From Paraspadella gotoi (Eukaryota; Animalia; Chaetognatha), in contig CM119266.1 of assembly GCA_051294375.1 (NCBI GenBank), positions 4,032,420-4,096,419 on the forward strand: a DNA stretch of 64,000 nucleotides. The letters are read 5' to 3'. The notes beneath the pieces were generated by a model. It was not told the origin of the DNA and ran no database searches. It worked only from the letters and a program-made list of their open reading frames with translations. Both the position numbers and the translations under genes were made by a program. The stretch's first letter is position 1; each line of letters begins with the position of its first letter. This document shows positions 39,673 to 56,378 of the stretch, one piece after another.

Positions 39673-41779
39673 TCCGTTGTCAACGATGAAGTCGAAGGCT
39701 GAAAAATGACAACGAAAGAGAAATGACGGAAGTCGAGTCGCGAAAACAGAATCTTCTAACCTTCGAGAAAAATTGAAGAAAAAAAAAAGGAAGATGGATT
39801 CAAAAATGTTGCGCTGCGTATGAATATTAATATAAATATAAATTAGAGTATCTTTTTAATTTTAATAATAAATAGATAAGTTTTGAATAAATTTTACTGA
39901 TTTTATAAATATTAAAAATTTTGATTGAATTATTTTTTAAAAATATTATTACAAATTAAAAAAAGATCAGTTTAATAAAAAATATATATATATATACACA
40001 AGACCGACCGACCAAAAAGTGACTGATAGTGTTACTCCCTGAGAACTTGCGCAACTTAAAATTATCTTGACCTGCACCTGTCGTCAGGCGCTCATCCTCA
40101 GACCCTCTTTCAGAGACAGGTGGAGACAAATTTAAGAATTTAAATCCGATCAAATAATTTAAATTATGATTTAACTTTCGAAATATTGTCCTCAGACTTG
40201 TATGGTACCGGTGGTATAATCTACCATGTACTATTAATTAAAAATTCCGTTTAGCGCCCGCGCAATTAAAAACTTAACCACAGCTCGTATATAAATTATA
40301 TTCTTTCGCTCAATTCATTAAAGAAACCACATAATTTACAGAGTGTAACCTTTAAAACGGCGTGTCTCGAGGCGAGTGTCTCTCCTTCTCTCTCTCTCTC
40401 GCGGTCGGGATTCATTTTGTCGCTTTAATCGGGTTCATCGGTGCGCGCCTTTCCTTTCATCTGTAAACGATTAATGGTGGAACGANNNNNNNNNNNNNNN
40501 NNNNNNNNNNCGAGAAGAGGAGAGGGAGAGAAGAGACGAGAGTATGAGGCAGGAGAGAGAGAGGGAGACAGGGAGAGAGAGGGAGAGGAGATGGAGAGAG
40601 AGAGTGAGAGGAGGACAGAACGACCACAATGACAGAAAGTCGATTCGCAATTTTTTTCGAGGACGAAACAGAAGGAAGCTAGAATACATGACATCATGAC
40701 ATCGATCAGATGGTCCATAGCGAGGGAAACATTTGAAAATTGGATATATGGATGGCGTTCTCTCTTTCTCTCTACTCTATCTCTTCTATCTCTCTTCTCT
40801 CTCTCTCTCTCTCTCTCTCTTCTCATCTCTTCTCGGCCACCGCTCGTCTCTCTCTCTACGTGCTTTCTTGATGCTGTAAGCTGTCTATAAATCCTATACC
40901 GTTTTTAAGTTTTTCTCTCCCAATTCAGAATATCATGTTTTGATAGATTTCAAAATATGATTAATAGCTAGTTAGTTCATGTACCTCAATAGTTAAGCGT
41001 TTCCTAAGTGATTAGTATTAAATTGTATACGAATTAGGTTTTGACTATCCCATCTTTGTACTTATGTACGAGAACGCTTCTTTCCGGACCTCTTCATTCG
41101 CGAAGCCTTTTTGCTCTTTCTCCTCTCCTCTCTTCTCTTTTCTCTCTCCTCTCTCTCTTCTTTCTTCTCTCTTCTCTCTCGTCGTGTCGTCGATTCAAAT
41201 CGCGTTATTACGGTGGCCCCCCGGCGGCGGATCGGGGCGGCCGGCGGCGTTTAGGCGGGCACCGGATCGAGCGGCGGAGCGGCGAGAGTTAAATTCAGAG
41301 GCAAATGGGAAGAATCGATTATGTTTCGGCTTTCGTCGCCGCCTGTGGGCAAAGGGCAAGTGTCGGCAGGGCAAAGGACAAAGGATAAATTAAAATGACA
41401 GACATTTTGGAGAATTTTAATTTTTTGATTAACGAAATGATGTCTAGTGATTTTTTTTTATTGTGATTAAGATTTGATTAGGTTTTAAATATTTTTTGGG
41501 GAAGTAATAGTTGGATGTATCGCTTTTTATTATATGCCTTTCCCAACGGGAAACTTATCTGTTATTAATGTTCGCAGAGGAACGTTTATGTATAAAGGAA
41601 CATCTTTCCAAATTCCCTAAAGATGTTGTAATGTCTGGTTGGCCGCGCGTTGTATTTGCGTTTGGTTTTGAATCTTGCAAGGACGTTATTAATTATCCGT
41701 TTCGATTGATTTGAGTTGATGATTATTGTGATTTATGAGTTTATTCTACTTTTTCGTGCATTTTCTTTTTGATGACTAT

Positions 41780-42417
41780 ATATAGCAAGGAGGGTAGCCT
41801 GTTGTACCGGTGCGCGGGTATCTCACAACTGAGGTAGGCTGCCGACCCTGTACTGCTCCTTGTCTGGTGTTTCCTGCACGTACATTGTAAGCCCAGACGG
41901 GTTACCAGGATTGAAACCGGAGACGGAACTGGAATGAGATGAGTTTCGCTTCCATTGGACGTGGCTGAGGACGACAGGCGCTGAGGCAGCTTTAAGTTTG
42001 TGCCGTCCCGACTTCTCCAGGGCCTCAATCCTGAGGAGATGTCTGGAGAAGGTTTGGAGATCTCATTGCATGGGTGATCGCGAGAGCGAGCGAGTCATGG
42101 AGTTTACGAAAGTTAGGGCATAGGCGTGTATATACCCTAAACGCGACGTTAAGCGTGGAGCCGGTGCGCAGCTGTTGCGTGTTCGAGGTAGGCTCCACTA
42201 TTATGGCCACGGCGAGGATAGTGATGATCCCTGCGCGCGGTGGTTCAATGGCTAGGGTGCGGCCTCAGTGCTGCCTCCCTGTCACTGGCTTTGATACCGG
42301 GCGTCACTTTAGCCAGGGGATACCAGGGATTAACCGGACGCGACGGATGAATGGATGATTAGCTGCTAGCCATTGACGAGTGATGCGACAGCGTGGGCGC
42401 TTTAGTCTTCTTGCACA
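41780..42417 (-). mobile_element. TRIM-like mini LTR element, noisy copy 1
   Basis: GC-rich island with direct repeats (~41780-42005 and ~42205-42417) around a short non-coding interior; same element as 43939-44735. Confidence 0.45.
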
Positions 42418-43938
42418 ATTTAGGTTATCTCCTTTCTTCGCCCCCCTTTGATGGCTTATAAAATTTTTGGATTTCTTATTTTAAAGCGCATTTTCTTTTT
42501 ATTCTGATTTATGTTATTATATATTTTTATTTTTAATGTATTTTATTTTATTTAGGAGTGGGGGGGTTAAGCAACGTAGAGTGTCCAATGTATATATTTT
42601 TATTTTCGGTTATCAGTTATGAATATAAAATTTTTGAGTCTTCGCCATTTTTCTTCTCTTTATCACGTTATCCAAAATTTTTTCAACCGCTCTTCTTTTT
42701 ATTTTGTGGCCGATAATATTACTAATTATGCAATAAATAGTTTTTTGCTTTCTTATAAGACTATGATTATTGATTGTGTATTGTACTATATTTTTATTTT
42801 CTTGTTTTCTCTTTTCGTCATTTGTTTCCCTTTATAGGTCAATTTGTTTTGTTCATTTATTTTTTGAAATTTTCGTTTTTTCTTTTTTTTCTTTGTTATT
42901 TTCTCTTTTTTTCTCCTTCCTTATTTTGTTTTTTTTTTTCTGTGCTCTTTTTTTATCCCCATTTTCCATCAAAAATCTGGGATCAACTTTTTTTGACGCT
43001 CTTGTCTTCGGGCGGGATTTCGATCTCTCTCTGGGCGCAGAGTTAAGACGCGTTTCCTAAAAAGTATTAGTATTAAAATTGATACGAAATTAGGTTTGAC
43101 TCACATCTTTGTACTTTATACAGAACGCTTCTTTCGGNNNNNNNNNNNNNNNNNNNNNNNNNNNNNNNNNNNNNNNNNNNNNNNNNNNNNNNNNNNNNNN
43201 NNNNNNNNNNNNNNNNNNNNNNNNNNNNNNNNNNNNNNNNNNNNNNNNNNNNNNNNNNNNNNNNNNNNNNNNNNNNNNNNNNNNNNNNNNNNNNNNNNNN
43301 NNNNNNNNNNNNNNNNNNNNNNNNNNNNNNNNNNNNNNNNNNNNNNNNNNNCGGCGGGCGGCCGAGAGTTAATTCGAGGACAATGGGAAGAATCGATTAA
43401 TGATTTCGGCTTCGTCGCCGCCTGTCGGGCAAAAGGGCAACGCCTGTCGGGCAAAAGGGCAAAGGGACAAAAGGACAAAATTAAAATGACAAAGAAACAT
43501 TTTTGAGAATTTTAAATTTTTGGATTTAACGAGAAATGAAGTCTAGTGATTTTTTTGTTATTGTGATTAGATTTGATTAGGTTTTAACATATTTTTTGTT
43601 AGAAGTAATAGTTTGTATCGATTTTAATTATATGCCTAATTCAAACAGGGAAACAATTATCCGTGTTATAATTTCAAACGAGGAAACGTTTATGTTTAAA
43701 GGCAAACATCACTTTCAAAATTTCACCCTAAGAAATAGTTGTAACTTGAACATCTGTGTTGCGGACCGCGCGAATTCCGCGTATTGGGCTTTGGCTTTTT
43801 AGGAATCTTGCAGAAAGGGAACGGGTATTAATATCCAGTTTTCGGTTGATTGGATTTGAATTGATTGAAAAATTTTGATTAGATTTATTGATTTTAGTTG
43901 ATTTATTATATTTATTCGTGCTTTTCTTTTCTGATGAT

Positions 43939-44735
43939 TGTATCGGCAACGAGAGGATGCCGTGTGATACCCGGGGGCGCGGGGCTATCTCACCAACTGG
44001 CGTGAGGGTGCGGGACCCTCAGATGACTGCCTCCTGTCACTGGCGATGTTTATACCGGCACCGTTTCACCAGTTAAGCCAGAAACCGGGATACCCAGGCA
44101 TTGAACACGGGACGCACGGATTGGATGAGATGATTTAGCACTGGCTCAGCATCTGAGACGACGGCTGAGGACGATGACAGCAGTGGAGGCAGCTTTAAGT
44201 CTTGCTGCCACGGATCCCCCCACCAGACTATCTCCACAGGGCCTCAATTCCTGAAGGAGATGTCATGAGTGAGAGGTTTCTGATCCATTATGCCATAGTG
44301 TGAGCACGAGCGAGCGAGTTCGGTAGCCTGTTACCAGAGAAAGTAGGGATAGGCGTGCATAGCATACCCTTAAGCGACGTTAAGCGCTGGGCGCAAACGC
44401 GTGCGCAGCCGGATTGCGTGTTCGCAGAGTAGGGCCTCACCACGATATGGCACCGGAGAAGGATAGCCTGTTTTAGATACCCGTGGCGCGCGGAGGGGTA
44501 TCTCATCCAAACTGGCGTAAGGGCTGCAGGGCGACCTCCGAGTGACTGCCTCCTGTCACCTGGCATGTTTATACCGGCACCGTCACATTTAACGCCATTA
44601 ACCGGGATACCCCAGGGATTGAAAACCCGGGTACGCCACGGATGGACTGAGATGACTTTAGCCTGCCCCTCAGCCATTGAGACGAGTCTGAGGACCGGAC
44701 AGCAGTGAGGCAGCTTTAAGTCTTTGGCTGCCACA
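43939..44735 (-). mobile_element. TRIM-like mini LTR element, copy 2
   Basis: Direct repeats ~43939-44212 and ~44446-44735 with outer ends TG...CA. On the minus strand: PBS-like TGGTGAGGCCCTAC (44442-44429) after the 5' repeat and purine tract GGGGGGA (~44221-44214) before the 3' repeat. Confidence 0.55.
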
Positions 44736-46026
44736 AATATTACGTTTAATCTCCTCTATCTTCGGTTTGATGGCTATAATAATTTTTTGGACATTCTCTT
44801 TTTAAAAGCTCCATGAATTCTTTTCCTTAATTTCCTGAATTGATTTTAAATTTATAATATACTTTTTTATTTTTTTAATGTTTTATTAAATTTTTAAATT
44901 AAGACGACCAGAGTAGGGGGGGGTTCAAGCAAACGAATAGATTAGTCGAAATTGTATGAATATAATTTATTAATTTATCGGTTAATCAGTTAATGATATA
45001 AAATTTTTGAGTCATTCGCCATTTTCTTTCTCCTTTTTATCACGTTAATCCAAAAAATTTTTTCAACGCTCTTCTTTTTATTTAGTTCGAAATTAATAAA
45101 TTAATACAATTATTACAATAAATAAGCTTTTTTGCTCTTACCTTATAGACAGACTATGATTATCTGATTGTGTATTTGTTATAATTTCCTTATTTTTCTT
45201 GTTTTCTTTTTCGTCACTTTGTTTCCCTTTTAGGTCAATTTGTCTTTGTTCGATTTATCTATTTTGAATTTTCGGTTTTTATCTTTTTATTTTCTTTGTC
45301 TATTTTCTCTTTTTTTTTCTCCTTCCCTTTTCTATTTTGTCTTTTTTTTCTGTCCTCTCTTTTTCTATCCCCGAATTTCTCCATCAAAAAAAATCCTGGG
45401 ATCAACTTTTTTTTGACGCTCTGATCTTCCCGGCGGATTTCGCTTCAGGTGCGAATTAATAAATTAATCAAACACAATTTAAAAATTAAAACGACTTTAA
45501 AACGAAATTTGTTACTTACTTGAATGATTGCCAAAAAGAATATAGTAAAATTTTAGGATTATTTCTCTAAAAATAAGAAGAAAAGAATCGATCGTTTAAT
45601 TTTTTTTTTTGGTATAAAATTTGTTTTTATGACTTTTCGAGTTGACGTTTCCTAAAATAGCAGAAAACTTTTTCAAATTATTCTCACCTGACTCAAATCA
45701 TTATTACTCAACTCGAAACTATGTCAAATTATATTTCTTTTTTCTTACAAAAAATGTCGTTAAATTATNNNNNNNNNNNNNNNNNNNNNNNNNNNNNNNN
45801 NNNNNNNNNNNNNNNNNNNNNNNNNNNNNNNNNNNNNNNNNNNNNNNNNNNNNNNNNNNNNNNNNNNNNNNNNNNNNNNNNNNNNNNNNNNNNNNNNNNN
45901 NNNNNNNNNNNNNNNNNNNNNNNNNNNNNNNNNNNNNNNNNNNNNNNNNNNNNNNNNNNNNNNNNNNNNNNNNNNNNNNNNNNNNNNNNNNNNNNNNNNN
46001 NNNNNNNNNNNNNNNNNNNNNNNNNN

Positions 46027-46057
<31 letters not shown>

Positions 46058-48269
46058 TCCGCCCCCGCGCCGTCGCTTGACTGGATACCGCCGGATCTTT
46101 CTTTTTTCTTTCTTTCTTTCTCTTTCTTTCTTTTTTTTTTCAGAAAAACATCGACTGGACGTGACGTTTGGATTTTTCCTCAGTTTAAAAAAAAAAACTC
46201 CGATGTAAAGTTTATTTTCCTTTCGCGAGGGAAGAAACAATAATAACGAAAAAAATAAAAGAAAAAAAAAATTTGGTTTTAAAAAAAGTTTTGATTAAAT
46301 GAAATAATTTTTTTTGAAAGGCTATTGACGCATCTAATATTCAAGTCCGAGAAACTCCGGTTGGAAGAGTCAACGTCTGTAAAGTTTACAAAATCATCTT
46401 ATATTTATTTTTGGAGGGAATTTTCATTTCTCTTTTACTAATTTTTTCATCCTTTTTCCTTCGTATCTACGAATATAATTAAATTTAATTAAAGGATATT
46501 TAAAAAAAAATAAACCAAACAAAAAAATGCAACATAGACGTCGCGAATAAAAAAAAACCCAGCGNNNNNNNNNNNNNNNNNNNNNNNNNNNNNNNNNNNN
46601 NNNNNNNNNNNNNNNNNNNNNNNNNNNNNNNNNNNNNNNNNNNNNNNNNNNNNNNNNNNNNNNNNNNNNNNNNNNNNNNNNNNNNNNNNNNNNNNNNNNN
46701 NNNNNNNNNNNNNNNNNNNNNNNNNNNNNNNNNNNNNNNNNNNNNNNNNNNNNNNNNNNNNNNNNNNNNNNNNNNNNNNNNNNNNNNNNNNNNNATACTA
46801 ATAAGTTTAATGACTAATTCAATTCGATGAAAAGAAAGAAATATAAAATTCTGTCTTGGATTTCGTTTCTTCATCGATGCGATTGCAAACCACAACGAAA
46901 CTAAATAATAAATAAATAAATAATNNNNNNNNNNNNNNNNNNNNNNNNNNNNNNNNNNNNNNNNNNNNNNNNNNNNNNNNNNNNNNNNNNNNNNNNNNNN
47001 NNNNNNNNNNNNNNNNNNNNNNNNNNNNNNNNNNNNNNNNNNNNNNNNNNNNNNNNNNNNNNNNNNNNNNNNNNNNNNNNNNNNNNNNNNNNNNNNNNNN
47101 NNNNNNNNNNNNNNNNNNNNNNNNNNNNNNNNNNNNNNNNNNNNNNNNNNATTTTTTGGGGGAAATGGTCTGTTTTTGAGATGGAGTTTTACGATGCGCC
47201 TCCCCTCGTGACGCCACTGACGCCTCCCTTCAGAGCTTCGATCCTAATGCGATTTTAATGAGACGAACAACGCGTTTAGTGTCTCCCCTTCAGACGATGA
47301 ATCAATTCCGCCATGAAAACTTTTTTTTTAAGTCGCGGCGCGAGTTTATAGTAAAAATGATATATATTCGAAAATATTCATGTTTATTCCCTTCATCTTT
47401 ACTTAAAAATAAATAGTACATGTATATTTATGCTTACTTTTGAAAAAAATAATATGCAAATTAAGTTTGAAATGAGACACATGAAAAACAAGTGATTAAT
47501 CCAACAAATTATTCGCTCAGGTTAAAAAGTGAAAGTGAATAAAGGAAAATAATGTCTGCATTTATGCTTTTAAATTCGCGCCATGTCACTATGTCTCTCA
47601 ATTTAAAAAAAACATACTTTCAACGTGAGTAAACATGAAGGGGAGAGAAAGAAGGAAATAAAGATGTGACGATCGAATAAAAATAAAATGAAATGAAAAA
47701 GGATGAGAAATTCAAAGTGTGAGGGAATGCGAGAGATGAAGAACGAGTGAGACTTTGTGAATTCGATTAAAAAGAAAACTTAAGTGAACCTAAAAGTGAA
47801 GGGATGTGTTTCACATAGCTTCTTATATTTCCATCCCAATGCGACCTTGCCATGCCATGCCATGCTAATGCGATCTTGTTAAAAATAGACCAACTTAGCC
47901 TCCTCAAAGTCAGGAGCTTTACGGCTTTAATTAATAATTATTAATCATTTATAATCATTAATCAATTATTACATTGGTTGTATCAATTTCATGCGTTTTA
48001 TATTATTTTTTTCTTGTAATGTGAAAACCTACCTCTCTTACAAATTTATCACGCCTTAAAGCCACACCAAAATAATATATAAAGTGGCAAGGAATTTCTG
48101 CTCCAATTTTCATTCGCGAAAGATCGAGAGATGCAAGAGACTGAACGTCGTGCAAGAGGGAGACGTAACCGCAACTACGAATCAATTATCGAATCCACAA
48201 AAGAAAAAAGAAATTGCGAAACGAAAACAAACACTCGTCATTCTTTGAAAGATTTTTCAATTCCTGTTC

Positions 48270-48380
48270 GCCACGCCCCCTTTTCAATCGCGCTCTCCGA
48301 TTGGTCGACAAGAGAAATGTCTTGATCTCCGATTGGTCGAAGAAAGCGGCGGGCGAATTTGAATGAAGCGCCCGAGAAAA
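48270..48380 (+). promoter_or_regulatory. Sp/KLF + paired NF-Y boxes + CDE/CHR promoter module
   Basis: GCCACGCCCCC 48270-48280; ATTGG at 48300 and 48332 (32 bp apart); GGCGGG-cgaa-TTTGAA 48348-48363. Confidence 0.6.
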
Positions 48381-48407
48381 TAAAGTTAAATTCATACACT
48401 CTCTCTC

Positions 48408-48493
<86 letters not shown>

Positions 48494-48567
48494 CCGCCTT
48501 TTGTCTTTTGTTTCCGCGAAGAGAAAACAGACGTCACTTTTCTATCGACCTTACCTTTCTCGCTCGC

Positions 48568-48712
48568 TACAACAACAACAACAACAACAATAATAATAAC
48601 AACAACAACTGGAACAATATCATCAGCTGTATCAGCAGCAGCAAAAGCAGTAGCAGCAATAAAACCTGCAGCAGGAGCAGCAGCAATCAAACCTGCAGCA
48701 GGAGCAGCAGCT
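48568..48712 (+). repeat. Degenerate CAA/CAG trinucleotide array with a 24-bp internal duplication
   Basis: (ACA)n(ATA)n then CAG-rich units; aaacctgcagcaggagcagcagc twice. The polyQ frame is interrupted by stops. Confidence 0.75.
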
Positions 48713-48775
48713 TTGTCATTCGTGTCTCCCAACTTTTTTTGTGGGCAGAGATGACGTCATATTCGTCGCCATCTA

Positions 48776-48821
<46 letters not shown>

Positions 48822-48919
48822 CGTAGTAGTGCCGTCACAAAACCAGTTAAAAAAACCAGCGGGTGGCGCCGCCTCTCGCCGCTTTCGAACAACGACGCAA
48901 ATTGTCTTTTTTATTCTGG

Positions 48920-48989
<70 letters not shown>

Positions 48990-49475
48990 TTAGCAAATGT
49001 TTCGTAATCTTTTTTTTGGGGAGATTAAAGAGGACGAATTATTGTCTTCGACTTTTAAGAGAAATTATCTTTGGGGGAGAAAAGTTTGCAGGTTTTTGTC
49101 GTCGTCGTCGTCGTTTTTTTCGATTGGTTTCTTATTTTAAATTCAGTATAGCGGTACGAGACTTTTAAACCGGAGTGATATAAAAGAAGTATGTTTATTT
49201 TTTTTTAAAAGTAACAGATTTTCGAAAAAAAAAATCAATAGAGCGTTTTAAATCTTTAAAAACGTTTATGACGAAAAGGAAATGAAAAGAATAAACGATT
49301 GAGAATTGATGACGGTTACGATATCCCTTGACTCGGCCGCTATTGCATCCATGCATCAGTGTCCATCCTTCTGCAGTCGATGAATTAGTTTAGATCCTTT
49401 GATTTATCGATTGCAATTTCCAAGATTCGCGATCTTCGAATTGCGTTGGGCGCGTCACCATCTCAGTTCGATGAA

Positions 49476-49512
<37 letters not shown>

Positions 49513-49757
49513 TTTTGACGGCGAACTGCGCTGCGACGATGTTAATTTTACGACGAAGCTAATTCACCTCTGACAAAATGCAATCTGATACGGAGAAAGT
49601 CTACTTTTTTACGTCCATACACAAGCATTATATACATATAATTACAAAACAAGCAAAGTTGATGGTGGTTTAAGCTGCAGCAAAGTTTACCACAACGAAG
49701 ACGCCAAGCGACTCCATCTCTCTCGTTGTCAGAAAATTGATGGGGAATAATTAAAAG

Positions 49758-49794
<37 letters not shown>

Positions 49795-50247
49795 NNNNNN
49801 NNNNNNNNNNNNNNNNNNNNNNNNNNNNNNNNNNNNNNNNNNNNNNNNNNNNNNNNNNNNNNNNNNNNNNNNNNNNNNNNNNNNNNNNNNNNNNNNNNNN
49901 NNNNNNNNNNNNNNNNNNNNNNNNNNNNNNNNNNNNNNNNNNNNNNNNNNNNNNNNNNNNNNNNNNNNNNNNNNNNNNNNNNNNNNNNNNNNNNNNNNNN
50001 NNNNNNNNNNNNNNNNNNNNNNNNNNNNNNNNNNNNNNNNNNNNNNNNNNNNNNNNNNNNNNNNNNNNNNNNNNNNNNNNNNNNNNNNNNNNNNNNNNNN
50101 NNNNNNNNNNNNNNNNNNNNNNNNNNNNNNNNNNNNNNNNNNNNNNNNNNNNNNNNNNNNNNNNNNNNNNNNNNNNNNNNNNNNNNNNNNNNNNNNNNNN
50201 NNNNNNNNNNNNNNNNNNNNNNNNNNNNNNNNNNNNNNNNNNNNNNN

Positions 50248-53740
<3,493 letters not shown>

Positions 53741-54246
53741 ATTCTGTAATCTCTCTTTTTCCTACCCCTAGCTGTTTTTCCAGCCAAGCCAAAAGGCAGC
53801 TACCCTCAATTCTTTTATTATTAAAGCCAAAAGTTCTTCCTCTTTAAAAATAAATAAATAATTTTCGATCGATCGACCCTTTGATTCAAAATCCTTGAAT
53901 TGACAGAAAGAAAAAAGATTTTCTCTATTTTGATCAAACATAATTGAAGTTTTTGATTGAAAGGACAAACGAAATTCGCGGAAGGAAAGCTTCCTGTCTT
54001 TACGACCTTTTTATTTATTTTTAATATATATTTATTTTTAATAATTATATTTATAGTTATAATTAAAATGGGTAACGAAGTGTGAAAGTGTAAACGAATA
54101 AAGAATAACGAATTTATATTTTTAGCTCATTTTTAAAAATTTCAGCCCGACTACAGAATTTACCGACAATATCAACGCCGCCCGACGCTCCTCGGCCCGA
54201 CGCCGCCCGACGCCGCCTCGCGGTCACGCCCCCGTCGCCCACCGTC

Positions 54247-54260
54247 GCGCCCCCTGGCGG
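54247..54260 (-). promoter_or_regulatory. Strong CTCF consensus motif ~1.5 kb upstream of hedgehog ATG
   Basis: Reverse complement CCGCCAGGGGGCGC. Confidence 0.55.
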
Positions 54261-54301
54261 CGAAACTCGTGACCTCGTACGCCGCTTGTCCGCTTCACTC
54301 A

Positions 54302-54453
54302 GCGGGCGGGCTAAGTGAAACCGCCGCCAATCTGGACGGGACGGTTTCGTCTCGCTCTCTATGTCTCACTCGCTCGCTCTCTGTCTCGCTATCGTGTCTT
54401 CGATCTTAGATCGTCCGAGTCGCGGGTTCGAGACCTGCCTCCCGCAGATTTTT
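54302..54453 (+). other. tRNA-like Pol III element (T-arm/B-box plus terminator)
   Basis: GCGGG-TTCGAGA-CCTGC T-arm (54422-54438); CTCCCGCA pairs 6/7 with GCGGGCG at 54302; followed by TTTTT. No canonical D-arm. Confidence 0.35.
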
Positions 54454-54569
54454 GGCTGTTGTCTTCTTAACGCAATCGAGGATCAAAATCATTCACATCA
54501 AAAGTCGCTATCATAGAAAATCAATATTTTTCATCCAAGTCTTTTTAATTTATTACTTTTAATTTTTTT

Positions 54570-54633
<64 letters not shown>

Positions 54634-54702
54634 TTATCCCTTTCTTTATATACATATAACTTTTCTTTCATTTTTTCTTCAAATTTTCTCACTTTCTTAA
54701 TT

Positions 54703-54774
<72 letters not shown>

Positions 54775-54875
54775 TCCTTTCTTTCTTTCTTTCTTTCTTT
54801 TTCTTTCCTTTATTTCTTTCTTTCTTTCTTTCTTCCCTTCCTTTCTTTACTTTATTTTCTTTCTTCCCTTTCTTT
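54570..54875 (+). repeat. (CTTT)n microsatellite blocks
   Basis: Direct reading. Confidence 0.9.
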
Positions 54876-54974
54876 CTATCCATATAACTTTTCTTTCATT
54901 CTTTCCTTCAAATTTTCTCACTTTCTTTCCTTCTTTCCGAAATCCCGCGTTCCCGATTTGACGGAGAGATCGAG

Positions 54975-55043
<69 letters not shown>

Positions 55044-55626
55044 CGGACGACAGAGAGAGAGAGTTTTTCTCATCCGTCCATCGCGCTCTTCCTCCTCCTC
55101 CTCCTCCTCTTCTTCCTCCTCCTCCTCCTCCGCCGTCAACGTCTTTGGAGTCAACTTAAGCCGCTGCCCTCTCTCTCTCTCTCTCTGTGTCTCTCTCTCT
55201 CTTCTACTGGACATCATTTTGCGTGATTCGTCTCACTCTTTAAAAGACTTCCTCGAATATTATTTTTCTGGCGATTCATCTCTCTTCGACTCCGTCTCGC
55301 TCTCTCGACTTCGATTCTGTATTTAGAGTCTAACTTACCTTTCGAAACTTATTCTCCATAAAGAGAACTTACCCTCAAAAACTTTGGTCATTCGAATTCG
55401 AATCTCGAGACAAAATAATCGATTTTTAAAAAAACGTGAAAGATTTATTTTTTCTTAGAAAAAAAAAGATAAAATCGTCGGAGAAGCAAAAAAAAAAAAA
55501 AAAAGAACAAAAGAACAAAAAAAAGAAGAACAAAAATCTTTATTTAAAAAATCGTCGGCATCTTCTTTCTTCTTTTTCTCTTTTCTTTTTTTCCGCCTTT
55601 AAAATTTTCTTTACTTCCACTTCATC

Positions 55627-55716
<90 letters not shown>

Positions 55717-55778
55717 CATTTCCGCCTTTCCCCCCCTTTAAAAGCCCTCCTCCCCCCTCAAACTTTTCGTGTCCAAAA

Positions 55779-56378
55779 ATGGACCCCGCGTCTCCTCGTC
55801 CCATTTCCGACTCCCTCTCCCGTCGAACCCCCTTCTCTTCCTCCGCCGACGAAAACCGGAAAACTCTTGAGACCGATAAGCGCGCTGCGATCGACGTCAC
55901 CGACTCGATCGGCGGTCCGCCGCACCGCGCCACCGTCCACTCCCCGCCCACCGCTACGCCTCCTTTCGCCGCCACGGATTCCCTTCTTCGTCTCTCGCGC
56001 TTCCATCTACCGGAGGAACAAACTCTCTCTTCCTCTCCCTCTCGCCGTCCTCTCGCCTTCCTCCCTCTCTCCCTCTCCCGTCACCTCCTCCTCCTCTTCC
56101 TCCTCGCCCTTCTCGGCACCGAACTAGCCCTTCCCGGCGCCGAGGCCTGCGGACCCGGACGAGGCCGCGCCGGAAAGCGTCGGCGTCGCAAACACACGCC
56201 CCTCGTTTATCGGCAACACGTCCCCAACGTGGCGGAGAACACGTTGGGCGCGTCAGGTTTGCCTGAAGGAAAGATCGAGCGCGGAGACCGAAAGTTCAAG
56301 GAATTAGTGGAGAATCGAAATCCCGACATCGTCTTCAGGGATGAAGAGAAGTCGGGCGCCGATCGGATCATGACTTCG
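55779..56378 (+). CDS. hh: Hedgehog, coding exon 1 (remainder outside window or in gaps)
   Basis: Hydrophobic stretch [11 protein letters not shown], then CGPGRG (Cys at 56148), KRRRRK Cardin-Weintraub motif, [20 protein letters not shown] and [17 protein letters not shown]. Ends at phase-0 donor GTTAGT at the conserved hedgehog intron-1 position. Confidence 0.96.

Larger units (their letters stand above)
40997..45440 (+). repeat. ~2-kb noisy tandem duplication (40997-43030 vs 43050-45440), probable assembly artefact
   Basis: Colinear copies differ mostly by scattered single-base indels and sit next to N gaps. Confidence 0.8.

Noticed and set aside
43939-44735. Retrozyme or Cassandra (5S-containing) element
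   Set aside because: No complete hammerhead core or convincing 5S similarity is visible in the terminal repeats.
48186-49168. ORFs with poly-ER/SL/N/V/Q tracts (also throughout 37-64 kb)
   Set aside because: Products of microsatellites and N gaps; the polyQ frame contains stops.
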